From the IMG/VR virus record IMGVR_UViG_3300043409_001053, positions 1 through 50,683 of that record: a stretch of DNA of 50,683 nt; one strand, written 5' to 3'. Shown here piece after piece: positions 16,302 through 25,143 of this stretch. A program made the position numbers and the translations under genes. Positions within the stretch are counted from its first letter, which is position 1, and every line of letters starts with the position of its first letter. The stretch comes from a virus. Its lineage: Duplodnaviria; Caudoviricetes. The notes below the pieces were generated by a model, which saw only the letters and a list, made by a program, of their open reading frames with translations, was not told the origin of the DNA and ran no database searches.

Positions 16302-16359
16302 AATTCAAATATAGTTTAAAGTTTTAAACTTAACAACACTATCACTACTTATTTTAGTA

Positions 16360-16664
16360 ATGATAGTGATTTATTTTTTTAATTAAGTGGGATGAATCGG
16401 ATATTATAAGTTGAGCATAATTGTTCAAATCCAATTTTATCAAAATCAGATTCAAAAAACGTAAATCCAATATCAAATGATTTCATTTTTTCATTGTACG
16501 ATAACTGTATTAATTTAGAATATTCCATGTTAGGAACACCATTAATTTGTAAAGCAATGAATCCTATTAGGATATTACCTTCTTTTAATAGTTTATACAA
16601 TTCTTTACTATCTGATGATGTTTTGTATTTTATATCCGTATTTAGCATGATAGTGATTTATTTT
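16360..16664. repeat. 18-bp direct repeat ATGATAGTGATTTATTTT flanking ORF 16379-16648
   Basis: copies at 16360-16377 and 16647-16664. Confidence 0.8.
16379..16648 (-). CDS. hypothetical protein
   Basis: 89-aa ORF. Confidence 0.7.
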   Translation of the reverse strand: MLNTDIKYKTSSDSKELYKLLKEGNILIGFIALQINGVPNMEYSKLIQLSYNEKMKSFDIGFTFFESDFDKIGFEQLCSTYNIRFIPLN

Positions 16665-16681
16665 ATTTCTTTTCTGCGGTT

Positions 16682-16864
16682 TTAATTATATTCTACTACA
16701 TTTTTAGTATCATTATTTACAATATCTTTAATTCCTTTATTATAAGCATCAAGAACCATTCTATTTAGATAAGGCAGTAATTTATCAGACGTTGTAACAT
16801 TGTGTAAATCGTGATAATCTTTTAGATGCTTGTGTATTATTTCGTTTATGTCTTTTGATTTCAT
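16682..16864 (-). CDS. hypothetical protein
   Basis: 60-aa ORF in operon. Confidence 0.6.
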   Translation of the reverse strand: MKSKDINEIIHKHLKDYHDLHNVTTSDKLLPYLNRMVLDAYNKGIKDIVNNDTKNVVEYN

Positions 16865-16869
16865 CTTAC

Positions 16870-17790
16870 TTAATAAATAAGTTTGTGTTCTATGTTATTC
16901 ATAGGCTTTAAATCACTCATAAACTTTCTACATAAAGTCAATGATTCATTTCTTTGCTCAATTCTAGCTTTGTCAAATTTATGAGGAATTAAATGCACAC
17001 GATCCTTTATCGTTATTTCTTGAAAATCATCAAACCACTCAATTCTTATAGTTCCAGATTGTTGACAAAAACTTTCGAGTGCTTCACGACTATATAAATG
17101 ATCGGATACTATTTTTTTAACGTCTTCAATACGTGAATCTGCAACTTCTCCAGAATCATCTAAAAAGAATTTCCTATAGTTTTGCCTGGTTATTTCTTGA
17201 TTTAAAATGTGAATAGGTGTATCAACTAAAACAAATGCAAGTAACGAATCTTGAATGTCCCACAAATCCATATAAGAATCAAGCTGTCTAAAATAGAACT
17301 CTTCCTTTGAATCTAATAAATGTGATGAAAATGTATTGAAATCCCACGTTGATTTAAGGTCTATAATTACATCAGTTGATTTTATATCACGTTCTCCAAT
17401 TACCCATTCATTTGACTTTCTGTGCTTATCTGCAACTAATCTAATACCTAATACATCTGTTAGAATATCCCTTGATTCTTTTTCTACTAAAACACCTTTT
17501 TCAAAGAATTTGTTTTCTAAAGAAAATCTACGCTTAAATCTTTCTGCAAAGACAATTTCGGCACAAGTGTTTTTTGCTGTTATGCTTAGTTCGTATTTTT
17601 TTGATTTTAGATTTTTATATTCAAGTTCGATTAATTCGTTTTCTTGATTTTCTGTCAAAGGTTTACCAATACCTGCCTTTCGGTCTCGGTATTGGCTTAA
17701 TTTAACACTATTTGTTTCCGTCAAAGGTTTTAGTGTAGAAACTAAATTCCCTTGGTAGTGACATCTGAATTTATAGTTTGAGAAATCCAT
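16870..17790 (-). CDS. PD-(D/E)XK exonuclease (YqaJ/lambda exo-like)
   Basis: EKG..VE, GERDI, IIDLKSTW and QL..YM motifs. Confidence 0.7.
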   Translation of the reverse strand: MDFSNYKFRCHYQGNLVSTLKPLTETNSVKLSQYRDRKAGIGKPLTENQENELIELEYKNLKSKKYELSITAKNTCAEIVFAERFKRRFSLENKFFEKGVLVEKESRDILTDVLGIRLVADKHRKSNEWVIGERDIKSTDVIIDLKSTWDFNTFSSHLLDSKEEFYFRQLDSYMDLWDIQDSLLAFVLVDTPIHILNQEITRQNYRKFFLDDSGEVADSRIEDVKKIVSDHLYSREALESFCQQSGTIRIEWFDDFQEITIKDRVHLIPHKFDKARIEQRNESLTLCRKFMSDLKPMNNIEHKLIY

Positions 17791-18710
17791 TATAATAAAC
17801 TGTTTTGCTTGTCAGAAAACGCTACATCGTATGAGATTTGTTGATCTACAGATAGATTTTTCCAAAGTGCGTTTATTTCTTCCTTTGTCTTACAGTCCTT
17901 TAGTTTATTATCAATATCATCAGATGATAATAATTGTTCTTTTGGTGCAGTTTGATTTTTCTTTGCTAAATTTGGTCTAAACGCTTCATCTATTGTAGTA
18001 TCACCATCTTTTATTGCAGTTCCGATTCCAATCAATATTACGATTTCATCAGCTCCAATATATTCAAGTTTTGATTTCCCAACACTAGCCAGTATTTCTT
18101 CATCAGTTACACCGTATGCCTTTTTAAGATTTTCAACTACTTGATTTCGTCTTTTAATCAATTTTGTTTCGTCTGAAATATCACCAGTTAATACACCCAT
18201 TGCAGATTTATAAACTTTGTCAATTACAGATTTTGGCAATGTATTAAATACTGCATTTCTATAAGCAATTGCATTTCCAGCGTTACCTGTAACAGTAATC
18301 ATATCATCATTCATACGCCCGTTTTTGGTCATAATTGAACGTCTAACTTCTACTTTTACTGCTACGTTATTTTCAATATCCCAACATGTAGCTTGACTTA
18401 TAATGTGCTTATCTGTAATGTCAACTACTTTAGTTTCGGCTCTCAAGTTTCCCCAACATTGTACTAATATTCTTGCAAGATGAACACTAGCACCTTTTAT
18501 TGGTTTTCCACCTCTAGGAACTGAATATGTACAACTTGAAGCCGTTTCCGCATCCATGGTTGAAATAAATATAGCGTTGCTTACTGCTTTTTGTAAATCT
18601 CTTGGATATGCTTTTGCAGTAGATACTTGAGCATCTATGTTAGCTCTATCTTGATTATAAATTACACTTGCTTCTTGTGTAATAATTATTTCTTCTTGTT
18701 TGTTCTCCAT
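17790..18710 (-). CDS. putative ssDNA-annealing recombinase partner
   Basis: QVSTAKAYPRD, YSVPRGGK.I.G.SV motifs; coupled to the exonuclease gene; function inferred from context. Confidence 0.5.
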   Translation of the reverse strand: MENKQEEIIITQEASVIYNQDRANIDAQVSTAKAYPRDLQKAVSNAIFISTMDAETASSCTYSVPRGGKPIKGASVHLARILVQCWGNLRAETKVVDITDKHIISQATCWDIENNVAVKVEVRRSIMTKNGRMNDDMITVTGNAGNAIAYRNAVFNTLPKSVIDKVYKSAMGVLTGDISDETKLIKRRNQVVENLKKAYGVTDEEILASVGKSKLEYIGADEIVILIGIGTAIKDGDTTIDEAFRPNLAKKNQTAPKEQLLSSDDIDNKLKDCKTKEEINALWKNLSVDQQISYDVAFSDKQNSLL

Positions 18711-18784
18711 GTCTACCTAAATTATAATTTTTCGATTGGTAATGTAATTTGAAATGCCATCTTGTTTTTTGTTTTAAGTGTTAA

Positions 18785-18991
18785 CTATTTACCTTTACTC
18801 TCTTCTAACTTAATCGCTTCTACACCCTTCTCAGCGAGCATAACAATGATAGTCTTCTTGTTGTACTTTATCCCTTGACTCTTACTCTTAACCATCATCA
18901 TTTCGATTTCATAATTAAGTGCTGACGGAACTGGAACACCTACTAATGTAGTGTCTGATTGAATTACTACTTCTTTTTCTTTCTTAGCCAT
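18785..18991 (-). CDS. putative ribbon-helix-helix regulator
   Basis: strand LVGVPVP followed by two predicted helices; first gene after an operator-bearing promoter. Confidence 0.5.
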   Translation of the reverse strand: MAKKEKEVVIQSDTTLVGVPVPSALNYEIEMMMVKSKSQGIKYNKKTIIVMLAEKGVEAIKLEESKGK

Positions 18992-19011
18992 GATATTAAT
19001 TTTTATTTATA

Positions 19012-19041
19012 CAAATGTACTTTTTTGTTTTTTATAAAACA
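19012..19041 (-). promoter_or_regulatory. promoter (TACATTTG) with near-palindromic operator
   Basis: caaatgta at 19012-19019; tgttttttataaaaca at 19026-19041. Confidence 0.7.
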
Positions 19042-19136
19042 AATTATTTTTAAGTTGAGAATTTATTTTTCTAAGTCGGCACTAAACAAAGCCAAGAACC
19101 GTTAGCAATCAAGCTATTATTTAACTTGATTGCTTT

Positions 19137-19676
19137 TTATGTTTCTAAAATGGAAGGTGTGGAGTAAGATATAAATTTAACGCCTTTACTTATTAAGTAA
19201 TCGAAGTGATCTCTTTTATTATTTAAATAATCGCCATTTATCGTTTTAAATAATCTTGATTCAGTGTCTAAAACAATAAACTTATGGGCTCTCTTATGTT
19301 CTATTCTCTCCAAAACAAAAACGTTTTCAATATTTTCATCAGTGTAAGACCAGTGATGTAATTCGAACCCAGTTTCTACTTTATACTTCCTATTTAATCC
19401 TGTATACTTGCTAGATCGTGTCCATGGTTTATTTTTATCCCATTCTAATTGCTTGTCTTTATAGTTCAATCTGTGGTACTTATTTACATGCCTAACTCTC
19501 TCTGCCTCTACCCATTTAGGGTTTTTACTTAAATTTTCATGTCTCTTTAAAGAATCTTTCTTTGTGCAATCTTTACATTTGTTTAGATGCCCATCGCTCA
19601 TTTCTTTATGTTTGTAATACGAATTTAACTCCTTTAGTTCGTTGCATTTAAAGCATATCTTTGTAACTGTTTCCAT
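19137..19676 (-). CDS. zinc-finger HNH-like endonuclease
   Basis: CFKC...CKDC and ELHHWSY...H..AH. Confidence 0.7.
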   Translation of the reverse strand: METVTKICFKCNELKELNSYYKHKEMSDGHLNKCKDCTKKDSLKRHENLSKNPKWVEAERVRHVNKYHRLNYKDKQLEWDKNKPWTRSSKYTGLNRKYKVETGFELHHWSYTDENIENVFVLERIEHKRAHKFIVLDTESRLFKTINGDYLNNKRDHFDYLISKGVKFISYSTPSILET

Positions 19677-19713
19677 GGCAGTAAAGATACGCTTTAAAAA
19701 GGTAGTAAACTAA

Positions 19714-20118
19714 TTAAAAAGGAAGTCCCCCATCATCTTGAATAGTAGCTGACTGACTCGTATCTGATTGACTCGTACTTGAATCATTTTGACCTCCTAT
19801 GAAGTTCATGTTAGTAGCAACTATTTCAGTTACATATCTAGTAACACCGTTAGAATCATCATATTTACGAGTTCTAAGCTTACCTTCTACATAAAGCTCT
19901 TTTCCTTTACCTAGATACTTTTCTGCTAACTCAGCAAGTTTATTCGTGAAAATGATATTGTGCCACTCAGTCTTCTCAACTTTGTTACCTTCTCTATCTG
20001 TGTAGCTCTCTGATGTTGCCATCGTTATAGTACATATTTTACCCCCATTTTCAAAGGTCTTTGTTTCTGGGTCTTTTCCTAATCGCCCCAGAATTATTAC
20101 TTTATTTACTCCTGCCAT
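19714..20118 (-). CDS. ssb: single-stranded DNA-binding protein
   Basis: VNKVIILGRLGKDPE, TEWHNI, VEGKLRTRKY, acidic tail DDGGLPF. Confidence 0.97.
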   Translation of the reverse strand: MAGVNKVIILGRLGKDPETKTFENGGKICTITMATSESYTDREGNKVEKTEWHNIIFTNKLAELAEKYLGKGKELYVEGKLRTRKYDDSNGVTRYVTEIVATNMNFIGGQNDSSTSQSDTSQSATIQDDGGLPF

Positions 20119-20127
20119 AATTATAAT

Positions 20128-20271
20128 TTATTGTTTTTTTGTACCTAAAATATTATCAACTTCTTCTTCTGAAATTTCAAGAGTTGATTTGAACCTTAAA
20201 CTAGTATCCAAGGCTTTTCTTTCAGAATTTCCAAACTTTGAAAACACTTCTCTAAATTGTGATTCACTCAT
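20128..20271 (-). CDS. small hypothetical protein (47 aa), not in ORF track
   Basis: MSESQFREVFSKFGNSERKALD...; TAATG coupling with the MTase stop. Confidence 0.6.
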   Translation of the reverse strand: MSESQFREVFSKFGNSERKALDTSLRFKSTLEISEEEVDNILGTKKQ

Positions 20272-21728
20272 TATATTTTATTTGGAAGCGTGAAACCTTT
20301 TAACTTACCGTATGCTTGATTTAAAACATACCAGTCTTTTTCATTTTTAAATTTAAGGTGCATGCTACCTTTTTTAAAGCATTTAAACTCAAAGAAACCC
20401 CATTCATACCATTTATTAGAATCGAAAGAATCAAATTTATGAATTGAATCGCCAAAAACTTGCTTGTTTATATTTTCAATTCTATTTCCTTTAGATGTTA
20501 AATATCCATTTTCATTTTTATCACATGGCGAATATTTTATATCTAATACATTATCATAATTTGTTCCAGTTAGCGAACATAAAACTTTAGTTAAATCTTT
20601 TAGTTTCTCAATTGCTCCAGAGAGACTAATACGTAAACTACTACTTGAGTACCTTTGCTCAACTGCTCTTTCTACAATGAATTTTCGATTTAGCATATAA
20701 CCTGAATTTGTTTTCCAACCCTCTACATTAAACCTATTTTCGTGCGTGTACTTTGTGAAATTGTCGATTACTTCCTCTATTGCTCTATTGAATGTTTCTT
20801 GACTAGTTCCAACTATTATTTCAAACATTTTATAAATATTCTTCATTGTGAAAGGTATTTGTGTTTGAGTCTCTACAAATTTATTGATGTCTTTTTTAAC
20901 TCCAGAAGTAACATACTTATCAAGTTTCATTTTGTTAAAAATATGTTGCCAAGATGATTTTTGTATCATTTTTCCAAACTCAGCTTTGTTTTTAACTTCA
21001 TGATTATATCCTAAGTTTAACGATATACCACTTACTCCTAATCCGTGCAAAGTGTTATTCATTAAAATCTGCTGTTCTTCTAATTTATCAAAAACTTTCA
21101 TAGCTCCAACATAGCGATTAACACAAGCTCTAACCTCGTTGAATGGCATAATTCCCTCAACATGATTTTCTTCTTCTTGTTCATCATCTAAGAAAAAACC
21201 TGAATAGTCAGCTTCTTTACTCACAACAGGCTTGAATAATTTCACCAATCCAATATCAATTCCAGTCTTTCTTTCTGCTGTAGAAAAGCAATCACCTATA
21301 TTTTCACCAGTGCCATAATCTCTAATTAAACTCGCTAACTGCCTATATGAACTACCTTTAGAGATTGTTTCGTAGTTACATAAGCTTACTACTTCGCAAC
21401 CTTCTGGAGCTATTGTAAATGCGTGAATAATGTGCTTATGAGCATCCGAAAAAGGGGGATTCATTAATATTAAATCAAATTGAACTACATCTTTTTCAGT
21501 AACATCAAAAAAGTCTTTTCCAATTACATTATCTGCATATTTACTAGCTACCAATCTCAAATCATCATTTATCTCAGATATTGAAACGCTTTTTGCTCCT
21601 TTTGATTTGCAATACTTTACTATGTCGCCTTTTCCTGCGTGTGGTTCATATATCACCTTACCTAATAAATCTAAGTTCATTAAATCAAGTGTTTCTTTGT
21701 TAGTAGGGTAAAATTCTTTATTAAACAT
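20271..21728 (-). CDS. amino-DNA methyltransferase with DUF4942-like C-terminal region
   Basis: EFYPT, EPHAGKG (SAM binding), MNPPF (motif IV); GWKTN and FKKG.MH motifs. Confidence 0.85.
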   Translation of the reverse strand: MFNKEFYPTNKETLDLMNLDLLGKVIYEPHAGKGDIVKYCKSKGAKSVSISEINDDLRLVASKYADNVIGKDFFDVTEKDVVQFDLILMNPPFSDAHKHIIHAFTIAPEGCEVVSLCNYETISKGSSYRQLASLIRDYGTGENIGDCFSTAERKTGIDIGLVKLFKPVVSKEADYSGFFLDDEQEEENHVEGIMPFNEVRACVNRYVGAMKVFDKLEEQQILMNNTLHGLGVSGISLNLGYNHEVKNKAEFGKMIQKSSWQHIFNKMKLDKYVTSGVKKDINKFVETQTQIPFTMKNIYKMFEIIVGTSQETFNRAIEEVIDNFTKYTHENRFNVEGWKTNSGYMLNRKFIVERAVEQRYSSSSLRISLSGAIEKLKDLTKVLCSLTGTNYDNVLDIKYSPCDKNENGYLTSKGNRIENINKQVFGDSIHKFDSFDSNKWYEWGFFEFKCFKKGSMHLKFKNEKDWYVLNQAYGKLKGFTLPNKI

Positions 21729-21757
21729 TTTCTTTTTGTTTTTGTTTTAACTCAATA

Positions 21758-21765
21758 CAAATATA
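21758..21765 (-). promoter_or_regulatory. promoter -7 element TATATTTG
   Basis: lies between the late terminator and the MTase start. Confidence 0.6.
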
Positions 21766-21816
21766 AACATTTTATTTTAAAAAAAACTATTTGTTATGTT
21801 TATATTTTTAATACAC

Positions 21817-21848
21817 AAAAAAAGGAGTAGAAAATTAATTCTACTCCT
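21817..21848 (-). terminator. terminator of the structural operon
   Basis: AGGAGTAGAA-loop-TTCTACTCCTTTTTTT. Confidence 0.85.
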
Positions 21849-21874
21849 CAACAATCAACAAACAAAAAAACCTC

Positions 21875-23728
21875 TTAAAAGACTACGTTCGGAGTGCCGA
21901 TTGCTTTTGATTGAATATTAGTTAAATAAAAAGTTGTTCCATTTAGAAATTTTAACCATACTTTATAAACACCTCCATCTCCAGCATGATTAAAGCAGTA
22001 ACTTATATCAACCGAACCACTTATTCTATCTACTCTTGTTTTAATTTCACCACCTGTGTATGTAATAGTACCGTCAGAGTTTTCAAGTCGTATTTGTAAA
22101 CGTGTATAACTAGAACTTAAAATGTTTAATTGTATTTCCGCATTACACTTAGCATTTATTTCTATGAATCTGCTAATTCCATCACTAGGTAATGTTATAG
22201 TATGTATTAATTCATCTGGTGATCCTGCGGTAAATGATACAGAAGGTACATCATCAGAAGTTCCTGTATATGTATAGCTGATTATACTTTTAAAAAACTT
22301 CTTTATTGCATTTAAATTACTTGTAACCGTAACTAAATCATCTGCTACCGTATTTAAGTCTTCTGTTTTAGCTAATAAACCATCTTCTAACTGCTTATCT
22401 GCATCGTCTTGACCTTCATTTAACAAACTCCATTTGCCGTATGAATTATATCTTAATTCAATTACAGAGCCTTGTTTATAGAACAAAGGAACATTGTCAT
22501 TTGAATGTTGTATTTTCTTGAATGCAAAACCTGGCATTCCAGTTGTAATGCCACCGACAATCTGTGCATCTGTATTTAAGTTAGATTCTAACAGCATACC
22601 TGTTGCACTTGTAACCTCAATTGACATAGTAGTTCCAGTTACGGGTGTAGAGTTCAACTCAATACCTCCTAGACGTGTATTAGGAACTTTTAAATATCTA
22701 GGTGTTTTTGATAAAATGTCTTCATACTTTGCAATTCTGTTTGTAGGCTCTCCTAATCCGTCTGGAATAGTAAAGTCTTGAACTGTTGCCGTTGGTATAG
22801 TATTATTAGCTTCTATTACTGCATATCTTTGTCTTTCAATTGCAGGGATAGATTTAGTAACAGAAATCAAAGCTTTGTCTGTACAATGAACTACTATCTG
22901 ACCGCTATTCATAAGTTCGTCAGCAGTTAATACTAAAAAATCAAAGTTTTCTTCTACTCCATTTATGTAATAAGTTCCTATACTAAGAGTAAAATCTTTG
23001 TCAGCATTTACAATAGGTGGAATAATAAAGTGAAATTCTCTATATGTTTTACTGTAATTAAAATCTACGAATGCAGACTTAGATTGAATTAATATGCGTT
23101 TAGGTAGAACTGCATTATCTTCAATCTGAACCGTTCTAGTTCTTAAATCGTCTTCTAAAGTTATTATCCTTGTAGTAGTAGTTCCAGTCATAGGAAAAGA
23201 AAACACATCAGATTTCTGACTATTATAAGCTCCATTTTTCGGGAACGGTCTCTTTGCTTTCTCGAAAGTTACACTAGTACTTAATGTATCTGTAGCTAGT
23301 CCCTTAACACGTAAATAGCCAATAGCTACTTGATTGTTAGGATTAGGTAGTGTTGTTGTTCCCACTAATACACCATAAGTACATTGTATTCCACCAATAG
23401 AATCTTTAATGTAAGTATGTTCTGCGTAAACGGTATCAGTTCTTTTACTTGTTGAACCATTTGCAGTAAATACAAAGCTCAATTCTTCATCTTCTTTGAT
23501 AACTGCACCTGTTTTAGTAACTAAAACACCCATAGGTAAACTTGGTACATTGTCCGCATTGTTTACAACTTGTCCAGTTGATGTATGTATTAACTTAAAA
23601 GTTAATCCACTTTGTCTTTGGAAGTCAAATCCTGCATAAACACCACTTTCTGTGATACCCATTAACCAATTATTTAGGCTTATGGTTTTATCATCATCTT
23701 TAAACTCGAAATATCTTTTTTGTGACAT
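21875..23728 (-). CDS. putative tail fibre / baseplate-associated structural protein
   Basis: 617 aa, Thr/Ser-rich, short coiled coil before a C-terminal beta-rich domain; last gene of the late operon. Confidence 0.55.
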   Translation of the reverse strand: MSQKRYFEFKDDDKTISLNNWLMGITESGVYAGFDFQRQSGLTFKLIHTSTGQVVNNADNVPSLPMGVLVTKTGAVIKEDEELSFVFTANGSTSKRTDTVYAEHTYIKDSIGGIQCTYGVLVGTTTLPNPNNQVAIGYLRVKGLATDTLSTSVTFEKAKRPFPKNGAYNSQKSDVFSFPMTGTTTTRIITLEDDLRTRTVQIEDNAVLPKRILIQSKSAFVDFNYSKTYREFHFIIPPIVNADKDFTLSIGTYYINGVEENFDFLVLTADELMNSGQIVVHCTDKALISVTKSIPAIERQRYAVIEANNTIPTATVQDFTIPDGLGEPTNRIAKYEDILSKTPRYLKVPNTRLGGIELNSTPVTGTTMSIEVTSATGMLLESNLNTDAQIVGGITTGMPGFAFKKIQHSNDNVPLFYKQGSVIELRYNSYGKWSLLNEGQDDADKQLEDGLLAKTEDLNTVADDLVTVTSNLNAIKKFFKSIISYTYTGTSDDVPSVSFTAGSPDELIHTITLPSDGISRFIEINAKCNAEIQLNILSSSYTRLQIRLENSDGTITYTGGEIKTRVDRISGSVDISYCFNHAGDGGVYKVWLKFLNGTTFYLTNIQSKAIGTPNVVF

Positions 23729-23733
23729 GATTA

Positions 23734-24204
23734 TTATTTTTCTTCTGTTAAATCATTAATGCTTTTTTTTATTACTTGAGCTCTACTAAAAGCTTTTTTT
23801 AGCATCTTAAAAACATCTTTTCCAGTTGCTTTTTCAAAGTTTTCTTTAATAGAAACCGCTTCAATAAATATCAATAAAATAGTACAGATTTTAGTCATTA
23901 TGTATTCTACAGAAAACCACATTGATAGTATGTCGTGAAGTACAAATTTATCTATCACAAAAAGAGAAATTACACACGATTGATAAAGTAACATCTTACT
24001 AACTATTTCACTAAGTCTACGGGAAGAAACTGAACCCCAACCATCAATCTTGACTGAGCGATAAATACCGCAAAATGTGTCCATTAATATGGCTATTCCT
24101 ACTGAAATAACCAACCCTTGAATAGGAGCAAAGAACAACAAGACTGATGTTATCGTGTATATTAGTATTGATTTCATTAATTTATTTTTTTGATATAATT
24201 TCAT
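23734..24204 (-). CDS. holin
   Basis: multiple TM helices, D...G motif, SSRRL, IEAVSIKENF. Confidence 0.85.
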   Translation of the reverse strand: MKLYQKNKLMKSILIYTITSVLLFFAPIQGLVISVGIAILMDTFCGIYRSVKIDGWGSVSSRRLSEIVSKMLLYQSCVISLFVIDKFVLHDILSMWFSVEYIMTKICTILLIFIEAVSIKENFEKATGKDVFKMLKKAFSRAQVIKKSINDLTEEK

Positions 24205-24341
24205 TTTTTAGATATGACTGCATAAAGTAAAATAGAAGATAGGCACATAATACCGCAAACAATTTGAGTAACTATGTTTTCGTTTGTAATCACTCCACTT
24301 AAAGTAACTACTCCTAATATTATTATCGGTATCTTTTTCAT
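24201..24341 (-). CDS. small two-helix membrane protein (46 aa), not in ORF track
   Basis: MKKIPIIILGVVTLSGVITNENIVTQIVCGIMCLSSILLYAVISKK; ATGA overlaps on both sides. Confidence 0.65.
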   Translation of the reverse strand: MKKIPIIILGVVTLSGVITNENIVTQIVCGIMCLSSILLYAVISKK

Positions 24342-24724
24342 TTTTTCCACGTTAACCAGCCAAATAACCGCACAGCATTATAATATAGCTCAGCGTGATT
24401 CCATCTTCTCACCAAATTCATGTAAAATCTAAAGTCTGATTCAGCACGCTTAACACCTTGCTTTGACAATTCATGGCTATACTGATACTCAGCATCATGC
24501 CACAATGTAGCAACTTTACATTCATCATTCTTGCCATCTGGTGTCCCTATTATTTTCCCAAATATTTTAATTTTTGGAGTGCAACCATCCCAAGCATAAC
24601 CCTTAGGAACAGTACAATGACCATTTTCAACTTTAAGAAAAGGAGCATCTAAGTACACCCCCCTAAGATGAGGTAGATAGTCACACATCACCTCATTAGT
24701 TACATATTTATAAACTCTTTTCAT
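24338..24724 (-). CDS. DUF1353-like protein
   Basis: VPKGYAWDG, HDAEY, R.ESD..F, YYNAVRLFG. Confidence 0.75.
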   Translation of the reverse strand: MKRVYKYVTNEVMCDYLPHLRGVYLDAPFLKVENGHCTVPKGYAWDGCTPKIKIFGKIIGTPDGKNDECKVATLWHDAEYQYSHELSKQGVKRAESDFRFYMNLVRRWNHAELYYNAVRLFGWLTWKK

Positions 24725-24726
24725 TT

Positions 24727-25143
24727 TTACAAACCTAGAAAATTATCAATCATTTGAATGTATTTGTCTTTTCTTTCTTGCGTAAATATCTCTGTTATAG
24801 CAATTTGTGAAACTAAAAACTTTGCATTTTTTAGGTCTCCACATTCACAAAGTTGCTTAACTGGTGCAAAGGTAGTAAGCATATTTAGACTAATCTCAGG
24901 GGTAAAAGCTTGCGTCATATCGTTATTATCTTGAAGAAATTCCAACAATAAAACTTTTCCAAACTCTATTTTTTCGGCAACTGTTACTCCTATAACAGTT
25001 GCTTCTACTGTCTCTCTCTGAAACTCTTCTATGTTTATCCCCTCGATTCCGTTGCTCTCGATGTAATTATTAAGATTCTGCTGATTTGCAAACTCTATAA
25101 TTTGATTGTCGTGTGTGATTCTATAGTGTATCATTAAATTCAT
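24727..25143 (-). CDS. hypothetical protein, possible fibre chaperone
   Basis: directly follows the tail fibre gene. Confidence 0.55.
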   Translation of the reverse strand: MNLMIHYRITHDNQIIEFANQQNLNNYIESNGIEGINIEEFQRETVEATVIGVTVAEKIEFGKVLLLEFLQDNNDMTQAFTPEISLNMLTTFAPVKQLCECGDLKNAKFLVSQIAITEIFTQERKDKYIQMIDNFLGL

